Below, piece by piece: positions 54,135-62,982 of a stretch of 64,000 nucleotides of DNA. Made by a program: the position numbers and the translations under genes. Position 1 is the stretch's first letter. Every line of letters starts with the position of its first letter. A model generated the notes under the pieces. It saw only the letters and a program-made list of their open reading frames with translations. It was not told the origin of the DNA and searched no databases. Origin of the DNA: Dehalococcoidia bacterium (GTDB lineage: Bacteria; Chloroflexota; Dehalococcoidia; UBA2979). The DNA is taken from assembly GCA_964291495.2 (NCBI GenBank), contig OZ219871.1, positions 1,280,001 through 1,344,000 of the forward strand, read 5' to 3'.

Positions 54135-55565
54135 ATGGCCGCGCTCGCAACGATGACGAACAGGCTGCGGACCGGCGCCGCGCTGATCGCCGGCGCGGCA
54201 GCCGCCGAGGCATCGCGGCGCCTCGGGCGCGGCGGGGGGACGGCGCTGCCGGGCCTCGTCGCCGCCACGATCGCGCCGGACATCACCGCGCAGCTCGTGC
54301 GCCGCGCCGCCGCGGGCACGGTCGTCGTCACCGGGACCAACGGCAAGACCACGACCGCGCACCTGCTCGCCGAGTGCGCCCGTGCGGCCGGCGTCGGCGT
54401 GATCGCCAACCGCTCCGGCTCCAACCTCGAGCGCGGCATCGTCTCCGCGTTCCTCGCGGACCGCGGCAACGGCGCCCGCGAACGCCTCGGCGTGCTCGAG
54501 GTCGACGAGGCGGCGTTGCCGCCGCTGCTGCCCGCGCTCGCGCCGCGCGCGATCGTCTTCCTCAACCTCTTCCGCGATCAGCTCGACCGCTACGGCGAGG
54601 TCGACTCCGTCGCCGAGGGCTGGGAGCGGATGCTGATCGCCGACGCCTCGGGCGCCACGCTCGTGCTGAATGCGGACGACCCCTCGATCGCGCCGCTCGC
54701 GGAGGCGGGACGCGGCGAGGTGGTGACGTTCGGCATCGAGGATGACGGCATCGCCCGCGGCGGCCCCGACCACGCCTCGGATGCTCGCTTCTGCCGCTGC
54801 GGCGCGGCGTTCCGCTACGACGCGGTCTTCGTCGCGCACGCCGGCCGCTGGCGCTGCGACGCCTGCGGCCGCTCGCGGCCCCGCCCGCTCGTCGCGGCGC
54901 ACGAGATCGAGCAGTTCGAGGACGGCTCGCGCTTCGCCCTTGATCTCGCGGGTGAGCGCCTCGCGGTCGAGCTGCCGCTACAGGGGCTGTACCCGATCTA
55001 CAACGCGCTCGGCGCGGTGGCGGCGGCGCACGCGCTGGGCCTCGATGCCCCGGTCGTCGCGAGGGCGCTTGCGGGCGCGGGCCCGGCGTTCGGGCGGCAG
55101 GAGCGCTTCCAGCTGCGCGGCCGCGATCTGCGGCTCTGGCTGGCGAAGAACCCGGCGGGCATGAACGCCGTGCTGCGCGCCCTCACGGCGGCCGGGACGC
55201 CCTCGGAGGACGCCGCGGAGCCACGGCTGCACGTCCTCGCGGCGCTGAACGACGGCATCCAGGATGGGCGCGACGTCTCCTGGATCTACGACGCCGACTT
55301 CGAGCTGCTCGCCGGTCACGCCGCGAGCGTCTGCGTCACCGGCGATCGCGCCGACGACCTGGCATTGCGACTGCGCCTCGCCGGCGTACGCGTCGACCTC
55401 GTGCAGCCGCATCGCGCCTCGGCGCTCGACGAGGCGCTGCACCGGCTGCCGCAGGGCGAGCGCCTCGAGGTGGTCACGACGTACACGGCGATGCTCCAGC
55501 TGCGGGAGATCATCGCGGCCGGGAGCGGCATCGCGCCGTACTGGGAGCGGGAGCGGCAGCGATGA
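54135..55565 (+). CDS. murT: Lipid II isoglutaminyl synthase subunit MurT
   Basis: GGGTALPG, VTGTNGKTTT, EVDEA, NLFRDQLDRYGE, Cys4 insert, KNPAG, DGRDVSWIYD, TYTAM. Confidence 0.9.
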   Translation: MAALATMTNRLRTGAALIAGAAAAEASRRLGRGGGTALPGLVAATIAPDITAQLVRRAAAGTVVVTGTNGKTTTAHLLAECARAAGVGVIANRSGSNLERGIVSAFLADRGNGARERLGVLEVDEAALPPLLPALAPRAIVFLNLFRDQLDRYGEVDSVAEGWERMLIADASGATLVLNADDPSIAPLAEAGRGEVVTFGIEDDGIARGGPDHASDARFCRCGAAFRYDAVFVAHAGRWRCDACGRSRPRPLVAAHEIEQFEDGSRFALDLAGERLAVELPLQGLYPIYNALGAVAAAHALGLDAPVVARALAGAGPAFGRQERFQLRGRDLRLWLAKNPAGMNAVLRALTAAGTPSEDAAEPRLHVLAALNDGIQDGRDVSWIYDADFELLAGHAASVCVTGDRADDLALRLRLAGVRVDLVQPHRASALDEALHRLPQGERLEVVTTYTAMLQLREIIAAGSGIAPYWERERQR

Positions 55566-56338
55566 GCGCCGCGGCGGACAGGCCGGCGATCCGTGTGGTC
55601 TGGCTCTATCCCGAGCTGATGAACGTCTACGCCGATCGCGGCAACGTGATTGCGCTGGAGGCGCGCTGCGCCGCGCTTGGCGTCGGCTGCGAGGTCACCC
55701 GCGTCGGGATCGGCGATCCGCTGCCGGACGAGGCCGACCTGGTGCTGATCGGCGGCGGCCAGGATCGGGAGCAACGCCGCGCCGCGCCGGACCTCGCGCG
55801 TCACGCCGGCACGCTGCGCGACTGGGTGGACGAGGACGCCGCGATGCTCGCGGTCTGCGGCGGCTTCCAGCTCTTCGGCCGCTGGTACCGCACCGCCGAG
55901 GGCGACGAACTGCCCGGCGTGGGCGTCTTCGACGTGACCACCGTCGCGCCGCCTCGCGACGAGGAGCGCTGCATCGGCGACGTGCTCGCGCGCTCGACCG
56001 TCGAGGGCGTCGGCGAGGTCGTCGGTTTCGAGAACCACGGTGGACGCTCCTACCTCGGGCCGGGCGTGGAGCCGTTCGCGCACGTCGAGTTCGGCTATGG
56101 CAACAACGGCGCGGACGGGGCCGAGGGCGCGCGCGTGCGCGAGGCGATCGGCACCTACCTGCATGGCTCGCTGCTGCCTCGCAACCCGGCGCTGACGGAC
56201 CATCTGATCCGCGCCGCGCTGCGCCACCGCTACGGCGAGGAGCCGGAGCTGCCGGAGGCGGCCGCTCCGTTCGCCGCACGCGCGCACCGCACGGCCGCGG
56301 CCGTCGCGCGGCGGCGCAGCCGCCGAGCGGGGGCGTAA
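55562..56338 (+). CDS. gatD: Glutaminase subunit GatD (CobQ-like)
   Basis: LYPELMNVYADRGN, GGGQDREQ, CGGFQ, GFENHGG, GTYLHGSLLPRN; overlaps murT. Confidence 0.9.
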   Translation: MSAAADRPAIRVVWLYPELMNVYADRGNVIALEARCAALGVGCEVTRVGIGDPLPDEADLVLIGGGQDREQRRAAPDLARHAGTLRDWVDEDAAMLAVCGGFQLFGRWYRTAEGDELPGVGVFDVTTVAPPRDEERCIGDVLARSTVEGVGEVVGFENHGGRSYLGPGVEPFAHVEFGYGNNGADGAEGARVREAIGTYLHGSLLPRNPALTDHLIRAALRHRYGEEPELPEAAAPFAARAHRTAAAVARRRSRRAGA

Positions 56339-56417
56339 CGGCAGGCCCGAGGTTTGACGCCCTCCGCGTGCGCCCGCGATTCTGTGATCGGCGGGGGCTG
56401 CACGGAGGCGCGGCCCG

Positions 56418-57323
56418 TTGACTGCGACAGGTCCCAGGTTCTCGCGGCGCAGGTTCCTCAGGCGCACCGTCCTCGGCGTGCTGCTCGGGGGCGCGCTGAT
56501 CGTCTCCTGCTCGCGCTTCCGTCCGGACGACGAAGAGCCGCCCGAGGTCGTCGCCCACAGCCCGACGCCGACGCCGATCCCCACCGAGCCGCCGCCGGCG
56601 ACCGTGACGCCCACGCCAACGCCCCGGCCGCTGCCGACGCGCAGATCCCGGCCGGCCACGCCGACTCCGACCGCCACCTCCGACCCCACGCCCGTCACGC
56701 CGACGCCGTACCCCTCGATGCTTGATCCCGAGGATCTGCGCGGCTTCGCCGTTCCGATCGAGGGAGGCTGCCTGCCCGACTCCGACCGGCTGATGCCGAA
56801 CGCGCCCCGCGAGTACCGCAACGGCATCCATGAGGGCGTCGACTGGTACAACGGCCTCGCTTGCGCCGCCGTCTCCGAAGGCACCCCGGTGATGGCGATG
56901 TACCAGGGCATCGTGGTCCGCGCCGACCTCGACTACGTCGACATCACCATCGAGCAGGTCAACGAGTTCGCGGAGCGGACGGCCGAGAAGGGCTACACCG
57001 AGGAGCCGATCCTCGACATCTACCGGGGCCGGCAGGTCTGGATCGACCACGGCAACGGCGTCGCCACCCGCTACTGCCACCTCAGCGTGATTGCCGAGGG
57101 CCTCGATGAGGGCGTCGAGGTCCAGCAGGGCCAGGTGATCGGCGGCGTCGGCGAGTCCGGCACGCCGGAGTCGATCACGGCGCCGGGCACGGAGATGCAC
57201 CTGCACGCCGAGGTGCGCATCGGGGACTCGTTCCTCGGCTCCGGCCTGCCGCCCGACGAGGTGCGCGCGCTCTACGTGAAGCTGTTCGGCCTCGGCGCGG
57301 ACGAGTCCGCCTCGGGAGGCTGA
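56418..57323 (+). CDS. M23 peptidase, putative Tat-exported lipoprotein
   Basis: SRRRFL Tat motif, lipobox-like LIVSC, T/P linker, HEGVD and HLH motifs. Confidence 0.85.
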   Translation: MTATGPRFSRRRFLRRTVLGVLLGGALIVSCSRFRPDDEEPPEVVAHSPTPTPIPTEPPPATVTPTPTPRPLPTRRSRPATPTPTATSDPTPVTPTPYPSMLDPEDLRGFAVPIEGGCLPDSDRLMPNAPREYRNGIHEGVDWYNGLACAAVSEGTPVMAMYQGIVVRADLDYVDITIEQVNEFAERTAEKGYTEEPILDIYRGRQVWIDHGNGVATRYCHLSVIAEGLDEGVEVQQGQVIGGVGESGTPESITAPGTEMHLHAEVRIGDSFLGSGLPPDEVRALYVKLFGLGADESASGG

Positions 57324-57380
57324 CGAGGCCGCCGCGCCGTACACTGCCGTTAGCGTGCGAGCTCATGCGAAGGGGGCGCG

Positions 57381-58247
57381 GTGCCGATCCTCTCGATCGA
57401 GATCCCGTGGGATCCGAACATCACGCAGATCGGCGGGTTGCTGCTGACCTGGCACGGGCTGTTCACCGCGATCGGCATCTTCGCCGGGGTGCGGCTGTCG
57501 CTCTTCCTCGTGAACGTCGTGCAGTACGACTACGACGACGCCTACACGCTCGCCCTCGTCGGCGTGCCCAGCGGGATCGTCGGCGCGCGCCTGCTCTTCG
57601 TCTTCGAGCACTGGGAGTCGTTCAGCGGCGACCCGGTGGCGATCCTGCGCATCACCGAGGGGGGCATCTCGATCTGGGGCGCGATCCTCGGCGGCGTGAT
57701 CGGCGGCCTGGCCTTCGGTCTCTGGAAGGGCTACCCGGTCGCCCGAGGGCTGGACCTGGCCAGCTTCGGCATCATCCTCGGGCAGGCGATCGGGCGCCTC
57801 GGCGACCTCGTCAACGGCGAGCACCTGGCGAAGGCGAGCGAGCTGCCGTGGGCCGTCTTCTACACGCACGAGGACTCGCCCGCGTTCGTGCACTCGCTGC
57901 TGGTCGGGCCGCACCACCCGGCGACGACCTACGAGTTGATCGGCGACCTCGTGATCCTCGGGGCGCTGTTCGTGCTGATGTTCCGCGTCTTCTGGCACAA
58001 GCCGGGGCTGACCTTCTGCTGCTACCTGGTCGGCTACGCGGTGATGCGCTTCTTCCTCACCTACCTGCGCATCGACTCCAGCGGGACGATCGTGCCGGAG
58101 CTGCGCGTCCCGCAGCTCGTCTCGCTGCTCGTGGTGCTCGGGATGGTTCCGGTGGTCTGGTACTTCGCGACGCGGCCGCCCGAGGAGGAGCCGGCGCCGC
58201 TCCATCGTCTGCCGCTCATCGGGCGGCTGCTCGGCGCGGAGCGGTGA
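57381..58247 (+). CDS. lgt: Prolipoprotein diacylglyceryl transferase
   Basis: WHG, GARL, GGISIWG, GQAIGRLGD..NGE, HPATTYE, RFF. Confidence 0.92.
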   Translation: MPILSIEIPWDPNITQIGGLLLTWHGLFTAIGIFAGVRLSLFLVNVVQYDYDDAYTLALVGVPSGIVGARLLFVFEHWESFSGDPVAILRITEGGISIWGAILGGVIGGLAFGLWKGYPVARGLDLASFGIILGQAIGRLGDLVNGEHLAKASELPWAVFYTHEDSPAFVHSLLVGPHHPATTYELIGDLVILGALFVLMFRVFWHKPGLTFCCYLVGYAVMRFFLTYLRIDSSGTIVPELRVPQLVSLLVVLGMVPVVWYFATRPPEEEPAPLHRLPLIGRLLGAER

Positions 58248-58516
58248 CGGACGTCGTCCTCTATGGCCGAGAGGGCTGCGCCCCCTGCGCGCACGCCCGC
58301 GACGCGCTGCGCCGCCTCGGGCGCGACTTCGCCTTCGAGTTGCGCGAGCAGGATGTCGACGCCGACCCGGCGCTCGACGCCCGCTACGGCGATCGCGTGC
58401 CGGTGATCGCGGTCGATGGCCGCGAGGTCAGCGCGGGCCGCATCGACTCGGCGGCGGTGCGGCGCGCGCTCGCGGAGGCCGGGCGCGCTGTTGACAGCAA
58501 CAGCGGTCGTTCATAG
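58244..58516 (+). CDS. Glutaredoxin-like protein (DUF836)
   Basis: LYGREGCAPC, DVD.D, YG.RVPV; GTG overlaps the lgt stop. Confidence 0.85.
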   Translation: MTDVVLYGREGCAPCAHARDALRRLGRDFAFELREQDVDADPALDARYGDRVPVIAVDGREVSAGRIDSAAVRRALAEAGRAVDSNSGRS

Positions 58517-58519
58517 CCT
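58491..58519 (+). promoter_or_regulatory. Sigma70-type promoter for the leader-thrC-like operon
   Basis: TTGACA-N17-TAGCCT. Confidence 0.7.
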
Positions 58520-58583
58520 CGATTCACGCAGCGCGCCCGCGCTACGTGACATGGGCGTAGAGGCAGGAACGCGGAACGACCCG

Positions 58584-58661
58584 ATGAGCGAACGACTGCT
58601 CCCGCTCCTCGCAGCCGCCGCCATGCAGCGCCCCGATCGGGGCCACATGGTGATGCGCTAG
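58584..58661 (+). CDS. Putative Met-rich leader peptide
   Basis: MSERLLPLLAAAAMQRPDRGHMVMR*, with an alternative in-frame ATG at 58551. Its 3' end pairs with downstream sequence. Confidence 0.55.
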   Translation: MSERLLPLLAAAAMQRPDRGHMVMR

Positions 58662-58736
58662 CCCGCCCGCCCCGCGAGAGCCGGGGCCAGCGGGCAGCCT
58701 CGCATCATCCCGAACCCAGCCCGGAGCATCCCTGCC

Positions 58737-59996
58737 ATGTCCTTCGAACGTTCACTGCGCTGCCGCGAGTGCGCGCGCGAGTTCCCGCTCGCCGCGGCCT
58801 TCTTCTGCGAGTTCTGTTTCGGCCCCCTCGAGGTCGCCTACGACTACGAGGGCATCGCCGCCTCGATCTCCCGCGAGTCGATCGCGGCCGGGCCGCCGAC
58901 GCTCTGGCGCTACGCCGATCTGTTGCCGTCCGAGCCCGAGTACCGCGTGGACCTCGGGGCGGGCTTCACGCCGCTGCTGCGGGCCGACAACCTGGCTGCG
59001 GCGCTCGGCCTCGAGCGGCTCTGGATCAAGAACGACACCGTCAACCCGACGTGGTCGTTCAAGGACCGCGTCGTCGCCGTCGCGATCGCAAAGGCGCGCG
59101 AGTTCGGCTACACCGGCATCGCCTGCGCCAGCACCGGCAACCTCGCGAACTCCGTCGCCGCGCACGGTGCTCGCGCCGGCATGGAGACGATCGTCTTCAT
59201 CCCGCACGACCTCGAGGAGGGCAAGGTCGTCGGCAGCGGGATCTACGACCCGACGCTCGTGATGGTCGAGGGCTCCTACGACGACGTGAACCGGCTCTGC
59301 ACGGAGGTGTCGCAGTCCAAGCCGTGGGCCTTCGTCAACATCAACGTGCGGCCCTACTACGCCGAGGGATCGCGCACGCTCGGCTTCGAGGTCGCCGAGC
59401 AACTCGGCTGGCGCACGCCGGACCACTGCGTGGTGCCGATGGCCTCGGGCTCCCTCTTCACGAAGATCTGGAAGGGCTTCAACGAGCTGCACCAGGTCGG
59501 CTTGATCGACGAGCCGCGCACCCGTATGTCGGGGGCGCAGGCGGCCGGCTGCTCGCCCATCGCGACTGCCTTCGAGGAGGGCACGCTCAACTTCCGACCG
59601 CAGAAGCCGGACACGATCGCGCGCTCGATCGCCATCGGCAACCCGGCGGACGGCTACTATGCGCTCAAGACGCTGGAGGAGACGAACGGCGTCGCGGCAA
59701 TGGCGACGGACGCGGAGATCGTCGACGGCATGAAGCTGCTGGCGGAGACCGAGGGCATCTTCGCGGAGACGGCGGGCGGCACCACGATCGCCTGCCTCAA
59801 GCACATGGTGGAGCGCGGCCAGATCGCGCCCGGCGAGGAGACCGTCGCCTTCATCACCGGCGGAGGCCTCAAGACCACCGAGGCGCTGCAGGGCGGGCTC
59901 GCCAGCCCGCTGCTCGTGCCCGCCCGCGGCGACGCGTTCATCGAGGCCTACGAGGCGCGGCGGGCGCCCGCCGCAGCCGCGACAGGAGGGGCATGA
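58737..59996 (+). CDS. thrC: Threonine synthase-like PLP enzyme
   Basis: N-terminal CxxC...CxxC, NPTWSFKDR (PLP Lys), CASTGNLANS, EGIFAE, ITGGGLK. May be a sulfhydrylase-type paralog. Confidence 0.85.
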   Translation: MSFERSLRCRECAREFPLAAAFFCEFCFGPLEVAYDYEGIAASISRESIAAGPPTLWRYADLLPSEPEYRVDLGAGFTPLLRADNLAAALGLERLWIKNDTVNPTWSFKDRVVAVAIAKAREFGYTGIACASTGNLANSVAAHGARAGMETIVFIPHDLEEGKVVGSGIYDPTLVMVEGSYDDVNRLCTEVSQSKPWAFVNINVRPYYAEGSRTLGFEVAEQLGWRTPDHCVVPMASGSLFTKIWKGFNELHQVGLIDEPRTRMSGAQAAGCSPIATAFEEGTLNFRPQKPDTIARSIAIGNPADGYYALKTLEETNGVAAMATDAEIVDGMKLLAETEGIFAETAGGTTIACLKHMVERGQIAPGEETVAFITGGGLKTTEALQGGLASPLLVPARGDAFIEAYEARRAPAAAATGGA

Positions 59997-60241
59997 TGGC
60001 AAGCAGGCCGGTCCGCTTCACTTTCTCGCCCGAGCTGATCCAGGAGCCGCTGATCTACCTGCTCGGCCACGAGTTCGAGGTGATCACCAACATCCGCATG
60101 GCCGACGTCGACGCGCGCGTCGGCTGGGTCGTGCTCGAGCTCGAGGGCGAGCCGGACGAGATCGATCGCGCCATCGCCTGGGCCGAGTCGAAGGGCGTGC
60201 GCGTGGACCAGGCGACCCTCGGCGACGTCGTCGAGGGCTAG
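59993..60241 (+). CDS. Stand-alone NIL-domain protein
   Basis: FTF...IQEPLIY.L...F.V.TNIRMADV...GWVVLELEG; overlaps the thrC-like stop. Confidence 0.85.
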   Translation: MMASRPVRFTFSPELIQEPLIYLLGHEFEVITNIRMADVDARVGWVVLELEGEPDEIDRAIAWAESKGVRVDQATLGDVVEG

Positions 60242-60293
60242 CGAGCCGCAACCCGCCCGGCGCGCCGGGCCCGACAGCGAGAGGACCACTGCG

Positions 60294-60569
60294 ATGGCAG
60301 TGAACGTGCGAATCCCCGCCCCGCTCCGCACCCTGACGGGCGACCAGGAGCTCGTCAGCGCCGACGGCGCGACGCTGGCCGACGTGGTCGAGCACCTCGA
60401 GGCGTCCTACCCCGGCATGCGCGAGCGGCTCTGCGAGGACGACGGCGAGCTGCGCCGCTTCGTCAACGTCTTCGTGAACGGCGAGGACGTGCGTTTCCTC
60501 TCCGGCCTCGCCAGCGAGCTGAGCGAGGGCGACGAGGTCTCGATCGTCCCGGCGGTGGCCGGCGGCTAG
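60294..60569 (+). CDS. MoaD/ThiS/CysO-family ubiquitin-like sulfur carrier
   Basis: VRIPAPLR, RRFVNVFVNGEDVR, C-terminal PAVAGG. Confidence 0.93.
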   Translation: MAVNVRIPAPLRTLTGDQELVSADGATLADVVEHLEASYPGMRERLCEDDGELRRFVNVFVNGEDVRFLSGLASELSEGDEVSIVPAVAGG

Positions 60570-60585
60570 CCGGCAGCAACCGCAG

Positions 60586-61758
60586 ATGACCGGCTCGACG
60601 ATCACGGACCTTCGCTACTACCTGGTCCACCCGACGCCGCCCGAGACCGGGCAGCCCGATCGCTACACCGCGGGCAAGAACCTCTGCTTCGTGCGCCTCG
60701 AGACCGCCGACGGCCTGCACGGCTGGGGCGAGTGCTACACGCAGTCCGATCGCGACATCCAGATCACCGCGCACCTCGAGGCGCTGCGACGCTACATCGA
60801 GGGCTGGGACGCGGCGCGGATCAAGCCGTGGACGGACGCGATCTACAACGACTTCGGCAACCGCCGCGGCGCGATGGACCTCTACTCCGCGATCTCCGGC
60901 GTGGAGCAGGCGATGTGGGACCTCGCGGGCAAGCGCGCGGGCATGCCCGTGCACCAGCTGCTCGGCGGCGCGGTGCGCGACCGGCTGCGCGTCTACGCCA
61001 ACGGCTGGGCGCGCATGGACGACCTCGATGAGCTGCAGGCCCGCGCGCGGGCGATGGCCGATCGCGGCTTCACCGGGCTCAAGTTCGACCCCGTGCCGGG
61101 CAAGTGGCGCAGCTACGTGGGCATGCCGGAGCTGCGCACCGCCGCCGATCGCGTCCGCGCCGTGCGCGAGGCGGTTGGCCCCGACGTCGACATCCTCGTC
61201 GAGGTCCACCGGCGGCTGAGCCCCTCGAACGCCGTACGGCTGGCGAAGCTGGTCGAGCAGTACGAGCCGTACTGGTTCGAGGAGCCGGTCTGGGCCGAGA
61301 ACGTGACCGCCCTCGCCGCCGCCACGGCGCAGATCAACATCCCCACCGTCACCGGCGAGGAGCTCTACACCAAGTTCGAGTTCCGCGAGGCCTTCGAGCA
61401 GCGCGCCGCCGACATCATCAACCCCGACGTGGCGAACGTCGGCGGCATCAAGGAGCTGACTGAGATCGCGGCGATGGCCGAGGCCTACTTCGTCGCGGTC
61501 AGCCCGCACAACTACAACTCGACGACGGTGGCGCTGGCCTCGACGCTGCAGGCCGCGGCGACGATGCCCAACTTCATCATCACCGAGTACTTCGTGAACT
61601 TCGAGGGGTGGGGCCGGGAAGCGGCGACGGCGCCGTTCGAGGTGGTGGACAGCCACATCGCCCTCCCGACGGCGCCGGGCCTCGGCATCGACCTCGACGA
61701 GGAGGTGCTGAAGGCGCATCCGGCGCGCGAGTTCCCGGTGCGCACGATCGGCGACTAG
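60586..61758 (+). CDS. Mandelate racemase-family dehydratase (DgoD-like)
   Basis: GWGE, WDLAGK, LLGG, YANGW, KFD, EVH, WFEEP, GEE, PHN, PGLG. Confidence 0.9.
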   Translation: MTGSTITDLRYYLVHPTPPETGQPDRYTAGKNLCFVRLETADGLHGWGECYTQSDRDIQITAHLEALRRYIEGWDAARIKPWTDAIYNDFGNRRGAMDLYSAISGVEQAMWDLAGKRAGMPVHQLLGGAVRDRLRVYANGWARMDDLDELQARARAMADRGFTGLKFDPVPGKWRSYVGMPELRTAADRVRAVREAVGPDVDILVEVHRRLSPSNAVRLAKLVEQYEPYWFEEPVWAENVTALAAATAQINIPTVTGEELYTKFEFREAFEQRAADIINPDVANVGGIKELTEIAAMAEAYFVAVSPHNYNSTTVALASTLQAAATMPNFIITEYFVNFEGWGREAATAPFEVVDSHIALPTAPGLGIDLDEEVLKAHPAREFPVRTIGD

Positions 61759-61823
61759 CCGATCCGGGCTCCGCTCCTCGGGGCGAGGTCGCTGAGCCAG
61801 GGAGCAGATCGAGGGGCAGTCAG

Positions 61824-62909
61824 ATGAAGGTAAGCGGCTGGACCACCCGCGTGCTTGAGGTCCCGGACGTCAATCCGCTCATCGTCGGCGTCGACCAGCC
61901 CGGTACGCGGGAGTTCGTCACGCTGGAGCTGGACACCGACGAGGGCGTGCAGGGCATCGGCATAACCTTCTTCGGCGGCCCGCTGACACCGGCGCTGCGC
62001 ACGGCGGTCGACAACCTCTGCGAGCTGACGGTGGGCGAGGACCCGCTGCAGGTGGAAGCGGTCAGCGACAAGCTGTGGCTCGCGGCGGGCGGCGCCGGCC
62101 CCGAGGGCATCTTCACCCTCGCGCTGGCGGCGATCGACATCGCGCTCTGGGACATCAAGGGCAAGGCGCTGAACCAGACGGTGTGCTCGCTGCTGGGCGG
62201 GCACCGCGACCGGGTGGTGACCTACGCCAGCGGCGCGCTGGGGCGTCCGATGAGCATCGAGTATCTGGCCGAGGCAGGCCCTCGGCTGGTGGACATGGGC
62301 TTCAGGCAGATGAAGACCCAGATGGGCGCCGAGCCGACCGCCCGGCGCGAGGTGGCCCGCATCCGCACGCTGCGCGACGCGATCGGCCCGGACATCGATC
62401 TGATGTGCGACATCAACCAGCTCTGGGACGTCAACCAGGCGATCGAGATCGGATCGCGCGTGGAGGAGTACCACCTGTACTGGCTGGAGGACGTGGTCGT
62501 CCGCGACGACTACCAGGGCCTGGCGCGGGTGGCCGACGCGCTCACGACGCCGATCGCCGCCGGAGAGTACGTCTACGGCATCCGCCCCTTCCGGCACATG
62601 CTGGAGCAGCGCTCGATCGACATCGTGATGGTCGACCTGCTGCGGGTGGGCGGGTTCACGCAGTTCCGCAAGGTGGCGGGCATGGCCGAGGCCTTCAACC
62701 TGCCCGTGGTCAGCCATTTGGTCCCCGAGCTGCAGGTGCACTCCATCGCTGCCGTGCCCAACGGGCTGACGGTGGAGTACATGCCCTGGACGCTGCGGCT
62801 CTACGAGGAAACCCCGGCCATCGAGGACGGGGAAATCGTGGTGCCGGACAAGCCGGGCCTGGGCCTCGCGTTCGACCGGGACGCCCTCGAGCGCTACCAG
62901 GTTGGCTAG
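61824..62909 (+). CDS. Mandelate racemase/muconate lactonizing enzyme family protein
   Basis: DIALWDIKGK, LMCDINQ, WLED, AAGE, VVSH, PDKPGLG. Confidence 0.9.
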   Translation: MKVSGWTTRVLEVPDVNPLIVGVDQPGTREFVTLELDTDEGVQGIGITFFGGPLTPALRTAVDNLCELTVGEDPLQVEAVSDKLWLAAGGAGPEGIFTLALAAIDIALWDIKGKALNQTVCSLLGGHRDRVVTYASGALGRPMSIEYLAEAGPRLVDMGFRQMKTQMGAEPTARREVARIRTLRDAIGPDIDLMCDINQLWDVNQAIEIGSRVEEYHLYWLEDVVVRDDYQGLARVADALTTPIAAGEYVYGIRPFRHMLEQRSIDIVMVDLLRVGGFTQFRKVAGMAEAFNLPVVSHLVPELQVHSIAAVPNGLTVEYMPWTLRLYEETPAIEDGEIVVPDKPGLGLAFDRDALERYQVG

Positions 62910-62941
62910 CGAGCGCTTGGCCCAAGAGGGCAATGTGCTAG

Positions 62942-62966
62942 AATGTTGAGCAACTTACTCGACAAT
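62942..62966. promoter_or_regulatory. Candidate Rrf2/IscR-type operator overlapping the promoter
   Basis: Imperfect 25-bp palindrome AATGTTGAGCAACTTACTCGACAAT adjoining extended -10 TGCTAGAAT. Confidence 0.6.
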
Positions 62967-62982
62967 AGCGGCGGTCGGGTCC

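Noticed and set aside
58520-58736. SAM-I/IV, lysine riboswitch or T-box upstream of the thrC-like gene
   Set aside because: I could not find the core consensus motifs by eye, and the leader-peptide model fits better. An Rfam search is still needed.
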